From assembly GCA_038874435.1 (NCBI GenBank), contig JAVZCK010000001.1:154255-218254 (forward strand): a stretch of DNA of 64,000 bases, in the 5' to 3' direction. The DNA comes from Thermoplasmata archaeon (GTDB lineage: Archaea; Thermoplasmatota; Thermoplasmata; Lutacidiplasmatales; SKW197). Shown in pieces: positions 46,401-55,315 of the stretch (its first letter is position 1; each line of letters begins with the position of its first letter). The notes below the pieces were generated by a model. That model did no database searches. It was not told where the DNA came from and saw nothing but the letters and a program-made list of their open reading frames with translations. The position numbers were made by a program, and so were the translations under genes.

Positions 46401-49061
46401 GATTGGCGATTCTACTTCATATGGGTTAAAACTTCGTTGACTGACCTTACAAACCAGTACATGTTGCTTGACCTCAAGTGGCAGTATGCACCTACTGACA
46501 TTGATGCCTACATTCAGGGACCAAAGTCCGATGGGTTTTCGGCATCCTACCCAAGTGTGTTTGGTCCATACACACTAGGAACAATTGGAAGGAGCTCAAA
46601 CTCCTATGCGTCAGCAGGCAAGTACACATTTGACTCCTCAACTGATGGACCGAGAGACATTGTGTTTGCACCTTTAAGGCCCGGATTAAACCAGATTATT
46701 CTGCACAACACGCTGTTGAATGCTACGGACTATCCAGAATCCTTCACATGGGAACTGAGCAGGATGTACTATAAATCCTGGACAACTGACCTTTATGCAT
46801 ATGTCACAGACCATGTTTACACAACTGGCAAAGTGGGTGAGGTTGCAATCAACTCCTCAAAGGACTGGGATGGTATGTCTTCTAAGGTGGATAGCATGAC
46901 TACTACTGTTTACACAAACCAGATTGTTTATCAGGACAATCCAGATGATTACACCACTGCAAGCTGGGTTAAGCCAGTAAAGGTTCTTGGAGCAAGCATG
47001 TTGAAGATTGCAATCACAAGGGTAGGAAATCCAAGTGATGACCTTGACCTCTTCTTAGTCTACGATGCGAACAACAATGGGCAGTATGACAGTGGAGATG
47101 CACTGAAGGCTTACTCTGCCACTAGTGCTGCTCTGGAAGCGATAAACTACAAGAATCCTGCAGATGGCACTTACTTTGTGCTTGTGCATGGCTGGAGCGT
47201 ACCCGGTGGCAGTGATAACTTTGACATCAGCATTGGCATTGGCTCAAAGATGCCATTGTTCAGCTGTGTTGGTATGCCTACAGTTGTGAAGAACAACACG
47301 CTCTACACATTCGACATTATGGCGAATATTCCACCGCTTGGCGGAGTCTTCGGTGCAACTGTTGGCTTTGGTCCAGAGAACTCTGGTAAGACATTCTCAG
47401 TTGATGTGCAGGCAGAGATTGAGGATGGTGCCGCACCCGAGCTTCAGGTCTCTTCACCAGCTGACGGTTCGTATGTAACCACAGCTACACCTCTTATAAA
47501 GGCCAGATACACAGATGATGTGGTAACCTCAGCAATGAATGTAAACTCTGTGGTCATGAAGGTTGATGGAATAACTGTGACTTCGCAGGCGAAGATAGAC
47601 CCAGATGCAGGCGAAATTTCATTCACACCACTAACAGCACTACCCGAGGGCAAGCACACAGTGTATGTCTCTGCAAAAGACAGTTATGGCAATGGGGCGT
47701 CAATAACCTGGGCGTTCACAGTGGACACAGTGCCACCGACACTCGTGGTGACCGCACCCACAGGTGGTGAAATCACAAACAACCCAACGCTGAAAGTGAA
47801 GGGTTACACAGATGCCGTGGACTCTGACGTCACAATAAACGGAAATGCGGTACCACTGGCGGCAGATGGCTCGTTTGACTACCCAGTTGCTCTCTCTGAA
47901 GGCTCAAACACAATCACAGTGGAGGCAACTGATGTTGCTGGACACACAGTCCAGATAATGAAGAAAGTCACACTTGATACCAAGGCACCAACACTGACAG
48001 TAACTGCACCAGCACAGGATGCGATTGTCAGCACGAGCGTGATCACTGTGACTGGTACAACTGAAAAGAATGCAGTGGTTATGGTTAACGGTAACTATGC
48101 AACCGTGGATTCTTCTGGTAACTTCGCTGCCACAGTGACACTTGCAGAAGGACAAAATGCAATCCAGGTAACTTCAAGGGATGCTGCAGGCAACATCGCA
48201 AAGGCCACAGTCAATGTAGTTCTAGATACAATTGCGCCTGCAATTACTGTAACAACACCAGTTGAAGGTGCAATATTTGCATCTGGAACTGCTGAAGTTG
48301 CAGGTACAGTGGTTGATGCAAACCTGGCAACCCTGAAGGTGAATGGCAATGTGGTCACAGTCACAAACAATGCGTTCTCCACATCAGTCACGCTGGTAGA
48401 GGGCGCAAATGCAATCACACTTGAGGCAACTGACCTCGCAGGGAATGTGAAGACCGTGGTCGTGAATGTGGTGCTGGATACTCAAGCACCAACACTCTCA
48501 GTAACTGCATCTGCCACAGAGACAAAAGTGCCAGTAGTGACACTTAACGGTACGGTTTCTGACGCAGGCACAGGTGTGGCAAAGGTGACGGTGAATGGCA
48601 ACCTGGTGACTGTAGGAAGCGATGGCAAGTTCACAGCAAATGTTGGACTGCTTGAGGGCACAAATACAATCACAGTGATTGCCTACGATGTTGCAGGCAA
48701 CGCCAAGACCTCAACTCTCTCAGTGAAATACAACTATGTACCAGAGCTTGGTGATGTCAACAACAAGATTAACCAGACCAACCAGGATTTGAACAATGCA
48801 AAGGACCAGCTAAACAACAAGATTGACGACACGAAGAACAATCTCTCAGACAGCATAAACTCCACTGGCCTAAATGCAATGCTCCTTGCAGTGCTAGGCA
48901 TAATCCTCGCAGTAGTGGCCATTGTGCTCCAATTTGTGATGAAGCCAAAGCCACCTGCGACGGAGGCCCCGAAGGAGTGGAGTGCACCCACAGAGACACC
49001 ATCAGAGCCGGCGACTGAAACTACACCTTCAGAGCCAACAACTGAAGAACCAAAACCATAA
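43452..49061 (+). CDS. Membrane-anchored subtilisin-like serine protease (S8 family, pyrolysin-like), ~1870 aa. Signal peptide, protease domain with large inserts, at least 5 Ig-like repeats, coiled-coil, C-terminal TM plus Pro/Thr/Glu-rich tail
   Basis: Catalytic triad contexts 'IAIVDTGVD', 'HGTGCSGTAAG' and 'GTSQACPAAAGALAL'. Start reassigned to M at 43452 (signal peptide MLRKVGSILVVTAMIAAALIVLTQPVNA, RBS GGAGG). Confidence 0.85.
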   Translation: MLRKVGSILVVTAMIAAALIVLTQPVNAASQTNVPGLAEKVPPKLLNGPKDDKVKVYIVTTDINELGNALRSLGVDTKIGSVPAKKRLMFPVVEVPRAILSEVSKLGSVMQVMEYKYPEIDRLPEEYVKAVNDDVITKASGGVAPQMYFATQHHHAADAWASGFTGKGVNIAIVDTGVDFGNPDLQGVQARVTDTTSPYYGYPIVFDSSSLLIYLAYDGWAPLGYSWFADTSYESDATPEGYVPFDGNWYCVDGIPSYTGKYHLGYHPDVNLQSAYLSAGYEHMVAVLVSAENRTGDPSIYDTVYVDLDNDLDFTDEKPCYIWRSASDPMDAEISWSDNYNATSGEYGDTYDSGDGFADISGGMIYFIADGNKYIPYEDLYASYYGVSPILPDNGCLVAFSLDNDGHGTGCSGTAAGQGRIPFAGADGNLYYLGKGMAPDAKIINVPIFNVLSDTYDAWFFAVEGYDGDPTTPEDGAQICSNSFGYSSSYDDGWNMIDRYLYFIAAMYAGGVTTFTIANGNGGPGYGTITTPTNPYVVNVGAATEMGYRIPYGYESGTGGAKYGDIIPFSGRGPTAMGYHGPDIVAVGAYGWAAIPLWQIFDGSAAGDLFSGTSQACPAAAGALALIYDATKQATGTFPTATVAKRYLTLGADDIHYDVFSQGSGYINCKRSVDIAARVAGIYSTLSFWQPGTSTGLPGGSKPTMFAKMMFPGTSDSTTFTLYNDYHSNVMVHLDAKQIVKIGEATTDLTTTETVNRWWLKLSDLITNSTLRNSTQLLKVTAYYDYSVFDMKNDYTDDVVYRVDIHDWTDANGNGVMDNKTLNQEFNRYTVELVTGNVQEAWIHDPVARSHDDTIIEVRPYKYKYSTHGPVTIHLLLECYAQQDWPLITFSQNDFILAPYGQTGYSRSITANIAVPSDYGVGCYEGAIIIDDGTNTSVIPVSLNVAGNFTNDAFVFGSNTLDTIYENSKVRGKYDWGWRAETGDWRFYFIWVKTSLTDLTNQYMLLDLKWQYAPTDIDAYIQGPKSDGFSASYPSVFGPYTLGTIGRSSNSYASAGKYTFDSSTDGPRDIVFAPLRPGLNQIILHNTLLNATDYPESFTWELSRMYYKSWTTDLYAYVTDHVYTTGKVGEVAINSSKDWDGMSSKVDSMTTTVYTNQIVYQDNPDDYTTASWVKPVKVLGASMLKIAITRVGNPSDDLDLFLVYDANNNGQYDSGDALKAYSATSAALEAINYKNPADGTYFVLVHGWSVPGGSDNFDISIGIGSKMPLFSCVGMPTVVKNNTLYTFDIMANIPPLGGVFGATVGFGPENSGKTFSVDVQAEIEDGAAPELQVSSPADGSYVTTATPLIKARYTDDVVTSAMNVNSVVMKVDGITVTSQAKIDPDAGEISFTPLTALPEGKHTVYVSAKDSYGNGASITWAFTVDTVPPTLVVTAPTGGEITNNPTLKVKGYTDAVDSDVTINGNAVPLAADGSFDYPVALSEGSNTITVEATDVAGHTVQIMKKVTLDTKAPTLTVTAPAQDAIVSTSVITVTGTTEKNAVVMVNGNYATVDSSGNFAATVTLAEGQNAIQVTSRDAAGNIAKATVNVVLDTIAPAITVTTPVEGAIFASGTAEVAGTVVDANLATLKVNGNVVTVTNNAFSTSVTLVEGANAITLEATDLAGNVKTVVVNVVLDTQAPTLSVTASATETKVPVVTLNGTVSDAGTGVAKVTVNGNLVTVGSDGKFTANVGLLEGTNTITVIAYDVAGNAKTSTLSVKYNYVPELGDVNNKINQTNQDLNNAKDQLNNKIDDTKNNLSDSINSTGLNAMLLAVLGIILAVVAIVLQFVMKPKPPATEAPKEWSAPTETPSEPATETTPSEPTTEEPKP

Positions 49062-49063
49062 AA

Positions 49064-49090
49064 CCTTTTTTTCCAAATTTTTTATTTTTA
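49064..49090 (+). terminator. T-rich tract after the subtilase gene
   Basis: 'cttttttt ccaaatttttt atttttta'. Confidence 0.3.
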
Positions 49091-49128
49091 CAGATAACTT
49101 TTTTATTTCCTCTGTATATGGCTTATCC

Positions 49129-51729
49129 ATGCTCAAAGAATATTGCGCTGGTGAAATCGAGAAAAAATGGCAGGACTGGTGGGAATCTGAAGGGATATAC
49201 AGGTTCGATTTTGATTCAAACAAGCCCTACTATTCAATAGACAATCCTCCTAGATACGCATCTGGAGCGCTTCACATGGGACATGCTACTCACTATACAC
49301 ACATAGATTTTGTTGCAAGATACAAGCGATTGAGGGGTTTCAATGTGTTTTTTCCGCTCTGTTTTGATGTGAATGGAACTCCAATCGAAGTAAATGTTGA
49401 GAAGAAGCACGCGATTACAAAAAATAGTGTTACAAGACATGAATTTATAAAACTTTGCAGTGAGTTTGCAGAGAACAATATTGCAGAGATGACCAGGCAA
49501 TTCAAGATTCTAGGAGAGAGCATGGACCCCTCGATTTACTATCAAACTGATGCTCAGTATTATCGGCGACTCACACAAATTTCGTTTATACGGCTATTCA
49601 ACCAGAACTTGGTTTATAAAGGCACGGCACCTGTGAACTGGTGCCCCAGATGCGAAACAGCTCTTGCAGATGCAGAAGTTGAGTACAGGGAACGCAAAAC
49701 CCTGTTGAATTATATTAAATTCCATGACGAAACAGGGAAGTCGATAATAATCGCAACTACTCGTCCAGAGCTTCTCTGCACCTGTCAACTTGTGGCTGTA
49801 AATCCAGAAGATGAAAACAATTACTTTCTTGCAGGCAGGAATTTATACACTCCTCTCTACAATAAAAAAGTTCAGGTCGTGGCAGACGAGAAGGTTGACC
49901 CAAATTTTGGAACTGGAGTCGTGATGATTTGCACAATTGGTGATAAGGATGACCTGGAATGGGTGTACAAGTATGGATTGCCGCTGGAAATGGCAATTGA
50001 CAGGGAAGGCAGAATGACTGCGATTGCCGGCAAATACAAGGGTATGAAAATAGAGGAGGCAAGAAAGGCAATAATTCAAGACCTGAAAGAGCAGAACTTG
50101 CTTGTAAAACAAATTGAGATTACGCAGAATGTAGGCACATGCTGGCGCTGTCATACACCGATTGAATTTCTTTCCTTGCCACAGTGGTATTTGAAGATTC
50201 TTCCATTCAAGGAAATGGTGCTGAAAGCAACTGAGAAAATAGTATGGCATCCTGACTTCATGAAAATCAGGTTAATTGACTGGGTGAACTCACTTAACAG
50301 GGACTGGGTGGTGTCAAGACAAAGATATTTTGCTACACCTATTCCTGTCTGGGAATGCGTAAAATGCGGACATGCTGTGCCTGCTGAAGAGAAGCAGTGC
50401 TATGTTGACCCAACTGTTGACAAACCTCCTGTGGAAAAGTGTCCCAAATGTGGTGGCGAACTCAAGGGGTCAGAGGAGGTTTTTGACACCTGGATGGATT
50501 CGAGCATCTCACCCCTATACAATGCATTCTGGGAAAGAGATGAGGAAAAGTTCAAGAAATACTATCCAATGAGCATAAGAACGCAAGCCCATGATATAAT
50601 AAGAACCTGGGCATATTACACAATTCTTAGGTGCATGCAACTTACTGGGGATATTCCATGGAAGGAGATAATGGTGGATGGGCACATTCTAGCACCTGAT
50701 GGAACTCCGATGCATGCATCAGCTGGCAATGCCATAGACCCTCTTCCACTCCTTGAAAAATACGGTGCGGATGCATGGCGTTACTTTTGTGGTAAATGTG
50801 CAATCGGTGAGGACACACCCTTTCAGGAAAAGGAACTTGTCCATGGTTCAAGGTTTGTGAATAAATACTACAACATCAGTAGGTTTATTCAAAACGCATT
50901 GAAGGACTGGAATGGAGAAAGGGGAGAACTAGAAGTAGAGGATAAATGGATATTGTCAAAGTATACCAGATGTGTAAAAGAAGTGACGGAGCACATGGAC
51001 AATTTTGATTTTCCACATGCACTCCAGACGATTGAAGAATTTATGTGGCACCAATTTGCTGACCATTATCTGGAGATGGTCAAACACAGAACTCAAAGGC
51101 CAAACACTACATTTACGCTGTTTACAGTAGGACTTGGTCTCACTAAGATGCTCGCGGTGTTTGTACCTCATATTACCGAGGAGGTTTACCAGAATGTCTA
51201 CAGACGATTTGAACATGCAAAAAGTGTTCACATTTCATCCTGGCCTGAGCCGTTTGGAATAGACGAGGAAGCAGAGAGGACAGGGGAATTTGTGAAGGAG
51301 GTTATTGCGGCAGTACGGCGTTGGAAAGTTGAGAATATGGGAGGAATAGGGAAGGAAATAAAGAGGGTTGTGATCACAGGAGAAGAAGCACTCCAGGCTG
51401 AAAGATCAATTGAAACAATTGCAAAAACGGTGCGAGCTTTGGCTGTAGAGATAAAGAGAGATGCTCCAGTGGAAGAGCGCGTTAGTGATGTGTCTCTGAA
51501 CATGGCAAAGGCAGGTCCCTATTTCAAGGAAAAGATCGGAGCAGTTCAAAAAGTTATTAAAAATCTGACGGAAATTCCGCTAGCAGAGAGTGTGGAAATT
51601 ACACTTGACACAGGCGAACAGTTATCAGTTCCGACAGAGTTCCTTTTGTTCAGAAAGACATTTTCATTTGAGGGCAGGGCTGCCCACACACTCGCTTTGC
51701 GGAATTGTGTGATAATCATAGAGAGGTGA
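49129..51729 (+). CDS. valS: Class I aminoacyl-tRNA synthetase, ValRS-like (with CP1 editing domain), KMSKS replaced by 'PMHAS'
   Basis: 'PPRYASGALHMGHATHY...RYKRLRGFN' matches the ValRS N-terminal pattern. Editing motif 'ATTRPELL'. 'WCPRCETALADAEVEY'. Region after the KMSKS position 'GNAIDPLPLLEKYGADAWRYF' is ValRS-like. Start at M 49129 rather than the ORF-track 48982. Confidence 0.65.
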   Translation: MLKEYCAGEIEKKWQDWWESEGIYRFDFDSNKPYYSIDNPPRYASGALHMGHATHYTHIDFVARYKRLRGFNVFFPLCFDVNGTPIEVNVEKKHAITKNSVTRHEFIKLCSEFAENNIAEMTRQFKILGESMDPSIYYQTDAQYYRRLTQISFIRLFNQNLVYKGTAPVNWCPRCETALADAEVEYRERKTLLNYIKFHDETGKSIIIATTRPELLCTCQLVAVNPEDENNYFLAGRNLYTPLYNKKVQVVADEKVDPNFGTGVVMICTIGDKDDLEWVYKYGLPLEMAIDREGRMTAIAGKYKGMKIEEARKAIIQDLKEQNLLVKQIEITQNVGTCWRCHTPIEFLSLPQWYLKILPFKEMVLKATEKIVWHPDFMKIRLIDWVNSLNRDWVVSRQRYFATPIPVWECVKCGHAVPAEEKQCYVDPTVDKPPVEKCPKCGGELKGSEEVFDTWMDSSISPLYNAFWERDEEKFKKYYPMSIRTQAHDIIRTWAYYTILRCMQLTGDIPWKEIMVDGHILAPDGTPMHASAGNAIDPLPLLEKYGADAWRYFCGKCAIGEDTPFQEKELVHGSRFVNKYYNISRFIQNALKDWNGERGELEVEDKWILSKYTRCVKEVTEHMDNFDFPHALQTIEEFMWHQFADHYLEMVKHRTQRPNTTFTLFTVGLGLTKMLAVFVPHITEEVYQNVYRRFEHAKSVHISSWPEPFGIDEEAERTGEFVKEVIAAVRRWKVENMGGIGKEIKRVVITGEEALQAERSIETIAKTVRALAVEIKRDAPVEERVSDVSLNMAKAGPYFKEKIGAVQKVIKNLTEIPLAESVEITLDTGEQLSVPTEFLLFRKTFSFEGRAAHTLALRNCVIIIER

Positions 51730-51730
51730 G

Positions 51731-52195
51731 TTGTCCGTGTTGCCAATTGAAAAAGTCGTACATGATGTGCAACTCCAGAAACACTGGGCATACAGGTTTG
51801 TAGCATTTGTAATCGATGCCGTGCTGATTGCAATTCCATTTTTCATATTCGGACTTTTTGTAGGCGTCTTTCTGAAATTTTTCAATTTCTTTTGGTGGGC
51901 AGGATATGGTGTATGTCTCTGGCTTTATTCAGCGATAACAGAGCATGCAGGTGGGAGAACACTCGGTAAGGCAATGTTGGGTCTAAAAACAGAGGGTAAG
52001 AAAGGAAATTTGGATATGGCTACAGCTCTTATCAGAAATGTAAGCAAAATCTTCGTGCCGCTTCTCTTCCTTGACTGGCTCGGTGGTATGATAACTGATG
52101 GAGACCCGAGGCAGAGATATTTAGACCGTCTTCTCGAAGTTACTGTTAGAAGAACAGATGTGAATGAATCTCAGGGTACAAGCAAGGCCTCTTGA
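51731..52195 (+). CDS. RDD-family membrane protein
   Basis: 154 aa. TM helices flank an 'R..D..D'-type loop (RDD domain pattern). Confidence 0.55.
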   Translation: MSVLPIEKVVHDVQLQKHWAYRFVAFVIDAVLIAIPFFIFGLFVGVFLKFFNFFWWAGYGVCLWLYSAITEHAGGRTLGKAMLGLKTEGKKGNLDMATALIRNVSKIFVPLLFLDWLGGMITDGDPRQRYLDRLLEVTVRRTDVNESQGTSKAS

Positions 52196-52830
52196 ATTTT
52201 CATGATTTCAATTGAGGTGCTTCTGCTGCCGATGAGGGCTCCTCGGGAATTCGCTAATATACAGGCCCCAATGTAAGGTGTTCCTAGATTAGCTGTAGCT
52301 TCAAATATCTGGAGGTTGAAAAACTCTTTAAGCTGTTTCTTTTCTGTCTCCTTAATTTTTGGGTGCACGATAAGGGCTTTCTCTGTTGGAACTCCACACA
52401 TACCGACTGTTTTTATTCCTGCGATTGTTCCACGCATTGTTTCTATACCAAGCACATCTTGGAGCTGCTTTTCTGCCTTTTTTCCAATCTCAGGATTCAA
52501 TAATGCCTTTTTATCTGTGAGTAAAATGTTGTTTCCGCAAGCATTCAGCTTATCGTTAATCACACAAATGTTTTTCCACTTTCTCAGGAGTGTAATTTCT
52601 TCTTGAGTTGCAATAGAAGGCAAAATTACTCCTGCCTTATTCATTGCACACATAGAACCAACAACAGCGCTTTCTCCTATCGTGGATACTATGACATTAA
52701 TTCCAAGGTTTTCTTCAATCAGGCATCGCGTGTCTGCATAAGTATCTGGTAAGATGCCAATGTCCTCTGAGACCCTTGCGTAAACACCGATGAATGGATT
52801 ACCCCCAAAATCTAAAATCTGAAACTTCAA
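52171..52830 (-). CDS. eif6: Translation initiation factor 6 (aIF6)
   Basis: 219 aa. 'NPFIGVYARVSEDIGILP', five-fold pseudo-repeat typical of eIF6. Confidence 0.85.
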   Translation of the reverse strand: MKFQILDFGGNPFIGVYARVSEDIGILPDTYADTRCLIEENLGINVIVSTIGESAVVGSMCAMNKAGVILPSIATQEEITLLRKWKNICVINDKLNACGNNILLTDKKALLNPEIGKKAEKQLQDVLGIETMRGTIAGIKTVGMCGVPTEKALIVHPKIKETEKKQLKEFFNLQIFEATANLGTPYIGACILANSRGALIGSRSTSIEIMKIQEALLVP

Positions 52831-53177
52831 CTAGATTCCTCTTTCTTTGTTTCTGGCTTTTTCTCTTCCTTCTTTTCTTCTACTTCACCCTCTTCCTCTG
52901 TTTCCAAGTCAACTTCCACAAGACAGTCCTCAAATCGTATAGCTTTGACCTTGATTTTTGAGGGAATGTGTCTTGCCCCTCTCGCCCAGATTGCTTCGTT
53001 CAGCTTTGGGTCAACCCATACTTTATCGATGTTCACTTTCATGTGCCTTGAGACATACTTTTTAATCGTGCCAATGGCATGCCTCGCTCTTGCATAATCT
53101 GGTGGCATGTGTTTACTAGCGCTCAAAGGCACGATGTAAATTCTCTCTAAGTACTCACATTTTTCCTCTTCAGCCAT
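52827..53177 (-). CDS. rpl31e: 50S ribosomal protein L31e
   Basis: 'ERIYIVPLS..K..P.DYARARHAIGTIKKYVSRHMKV...VWVDPKLNEAIWARG' with an acidic C-terminal tail. Confidence 0.8.
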   Translation of the reverse strand: MAEEEKCEYLERIYIVPLSASKHMPPDYARARHAIGTIKKYVSRHMKVNIDKVWVDPKLNEAIWARGARHIPSKIKVKAIRFEDCLVEVDLETEEEGEVEEKKEEKKPETKKEESS

Positions 53178-53186
53178 AAAATCACC

Positions 53187-53342
53187 TCATAGATGAAGAT
53201 GGCCTCGTCTCCAGGTTCGCCTTTTTGGGTGTCTCAGAAATTTTCGAGCGGTTCGTTGCATCACCCAAGCAGGAACCCTTCTATTCTGCTTCGTTTTCGA
53301 TAGGAGGCGCAACTTTTTAGCAAGTGGTTTTGCGTGTGCCAT
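53187..53342 (-). CDS. rpl39e: 50S ribosomal protein L39e (51 aa). Not in the supplied ORF track
   Basis: Manual translation of the minus strand gives [51 protein letters not shown]. Confidence 0.7.
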   Translation of the reverse strand: MAHAKPLAKKLRLLSKTKQNRRVPAWVMQRTARKFLRHPKRRTWRRGHLHL

Positions 53343-53347
53343 TTCTA

Positions 53348-53680
53348 TCACTTCCTTACTATTTTTGTTTCTCTTCTTTCAGATTGTACTTTTGAAAGTA
53401 ATTCCTTTAACACCTCATCCGTTATCTGGCTTCTTAATCTACCACTTTGGGCTAGCAATATTAGCTGATTTTCAACCATTTCTGCAAGTTCTGGTTTTGC
53501 AAGTCGTACCCTTGCGAGCCGTTCTCTCGCCTCAGGTGTGAGAATCTGCCGGAGAACAGATTGCTTTAACTCCTGAATCTGCCGTTCTTTTTCACGTCGT
53601 TCAGCTTCCTGTTGTGCAGCCATCTGGAGCTGCATCATTTTCCTGCGGCGCAACTCTTCCAGTTCCTCATCACCCTCCAT
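53348..53680 (-). CDS. PDCD5/TFAR19-like dsDNA-binding protein
   Basis: 110 aa, Glu/Arg/Gln-rich helical protein with the conserved '[19 protein letters not shown]' region. Confidence 0.7.
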   Translation of the reverse strand: MEGDEELEELRRRKMMQLQMAAQQEAERREKERQIQELKQSVLRQILTPEARERLARVRLAKPELAEMVENQLILLAQSGRLRSQITDEVLKELLSKVQSERRETKIVRK

Positions 53681-53692
53681 CTTTTCCTCACC

Positions 53693-54145
53693 CTACAGAT
53701 ATTTTTTGAGATTCTCGTTTTTTGCACTTAGTTCTACTAGGATTGTATGGCTAAGCCCATCAATGACTTTTCTACCATTAGGCGTCAGGACTCTACCGCG
53801 CTTTGTTCTCGCCACATATCCAGCATTTTCTAGCTGCTGCAAAATTTTTCTAAGAATGTTTCTGCTACCCTTCCGCGGATGGCCTGGTGCAGCACCCCGT
53901 CTCCTGAAACCCCCATATTCAGTGGCTAACTTTTCAACCCCGATGGGTCCTAAGATGTAAATCTTTCTCATAACTGACGCAACTCGTGTATACCACCAAT
54001 CGTCCTGAACAGGAGAGCGTTCCACATGCGTACCAGTTTTCACATACTTCGCCCATTCTGGGGGTGTGAAACTACCGTCTGCCTTAATCTTCTCAGTTAA
54101 TTTTTTTATAAGTTCCTCGGGAGGCACATCATATGCTGTAGTCAT
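53693..54145 (-). CDS. rps19e: 30S ribosomal protein S19e
   Basis: 'PEWAKYVKTGTHVERSP...DWWYTRVASVMRKIYILGPIGVEKL...YGG' is the S19e signature. Confidence 0.85.
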   Translation of the reverse strand: MTTAYDVPPEELIKKLTEKIKADGSFTPPEWAKYVKTGTHVERSPVQDDWWYTRVASVMRKIYILGPIGVEKLATEYGGFRRRGAAPGHPRKGSRNILRKILQQLENAGYVARTKRGRVLTPNGRKVIDGLSHTILVELSAKNENLKKYL

Positions 54146-54207
54146 TATAATTCCTCCGTATCATATCTGATATACACCATCTATATAAAGATAGCAGATG
54201 TCTGTAT

Positions 54208-55209
54208 TCACTTTCCCTCTCTCAAAAACCTTGCTGCTTCTTCTGGTGGCATTGGATTTATATAGAAACCAGTCCCTCTTTCAAACCCTGCTGGATTTGT
54301 GAGTCTTGGTGTAATTTCTAGATGCCAATGATAGAATCTATAGTCTTTGCCATCGCATGGAGCAGTGTGAATGTAAAAGTTGTATGGGGGGTTATCCAGG
54401 AGTTTGTGGTATCTGCTTAAAGTTTCTTGGAGAATCATTGCGAAGTATCTTCGTTCAGTATCATCCATGTCTTCAAAGTAGGGGTCATGACGTTTTGGTA
54501 GAATCCAGAGTTCAAAAGGAAATCTGGGTGCATAAGGAGACAGGGTGATGAAATACTCATTTTCGAGCACGATTCGCACTTTCTCTTCTAGCTCGGTAGA
54601 GACGATCTCGTCGTAGATGCAGATGCCACCAGTAAAACTGTAGTAGTTGTAGGCATCCCTTAATTCTTCCATGATGTGTTTCGGAATCATGGGTGTTGCT
54701 ATCAGTTGGGAGTGAGGATGCGACAATGAGGCACCCGAACCCCGCCCATGATTTTTGAAAATCAGCATGTACTTAAACCTAGTATCTCTCTTCAAATCAA
54801 GATACCTATCTTTGTAGGCATTTACAATTTCTTCCACCTGCTTTAGAGGCATTGTTGCAATTGTTGCATCATGTTCTGGACTTTCAATGATGACCTCATG
54901 GGCTCCTACTCCGTTCATCTTGTTAAAAACCTGGACAATTCTGTGATTCACATCTCCCTCAATTCTAAGCGCGGGAAACTTGTTGGGCACCACCCTGAGC
55001 CACCATTGAGGAGTGTTAGGTGCAGTGTTTCCAGGTCTGTAAGCTAAAATTTCTGGTGGTGTCATATGCTCTCTACCTGGGCAGAAAGGACAGGTCTCTT
55101 TTGAGGTAGGTACTTCTGGTTCCTTTTTAAAATCAGAGGGACGTTGAGCTCGCTCAGTTGAAATCACAACCCAGCAGTCAGTAATATAATCTTTCCTCAG
55201 TTCGGGCAT
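54208..55209 (-). CDS. Galactose-1-phosphate uridylyltransferase family (HIT-superfamily GalT / ADP-glucose phosphorylase-like)
   Basis: Zn-ribbon 'CPFCPGRE' and HIT motif 'SHPHSQLIA'. 333 aa. Confidence 0.6.
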   Translation of the reverse strand: MPELRKDYITDCWVVISTERAQRPSDFKKEPEVPTSKETCPFCPGREHMTPPEILAYRPGNTAPNTPQWWLRVVPNKFPALRIEGDVNHRIVQVFNKMNGVGAHEVIIESPEHDATIATMPLKQVEEIVNAYKDRYLDLKRDTRFKYMLIFKNHGRGSGASLSHPHSQLIATPMIPKHIMEELRDAYNYYSFTGGICIYDEIVSTELEEKVRIVLENEYFITLSPYAPRFPFELWILPKRHDPYFEDMDDTERRYFAMILQETLSRYHKLLDNPPYNFYIHTAPCDGKDYRFYHWHLEITPRLTNPAGFERGTGFYINPMPPEEAARFLREGK

Positions 55210-55315
55210 TGTGTAATGCTAATTCAAATCTATTATATAAAGGCATTTGTTGAGGTGGTCTCACTTCTTCTAATTAGAAAATTGGTGAAGTATCACAAAT
55301 TTTTCCTTATAAAAA

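Noticed and set aside
49129-51729. Assignment as leucyl-tRNA synthetase (the 'HMGHATHYT...FDVNGTPIE' region resembles the archaeal LeuRS pattern).
   Set aside because: The 'PP..SGALHMGHA...RYKRLRGFN' region and the post-KMSKS region 'GNAIDPL..EKYGADA.R' match ValRS patterns better. The length (~866 aa) also fits archaeal ValRS rather than ~950-aa LeuRS. LeuRS remains a minority possibility.
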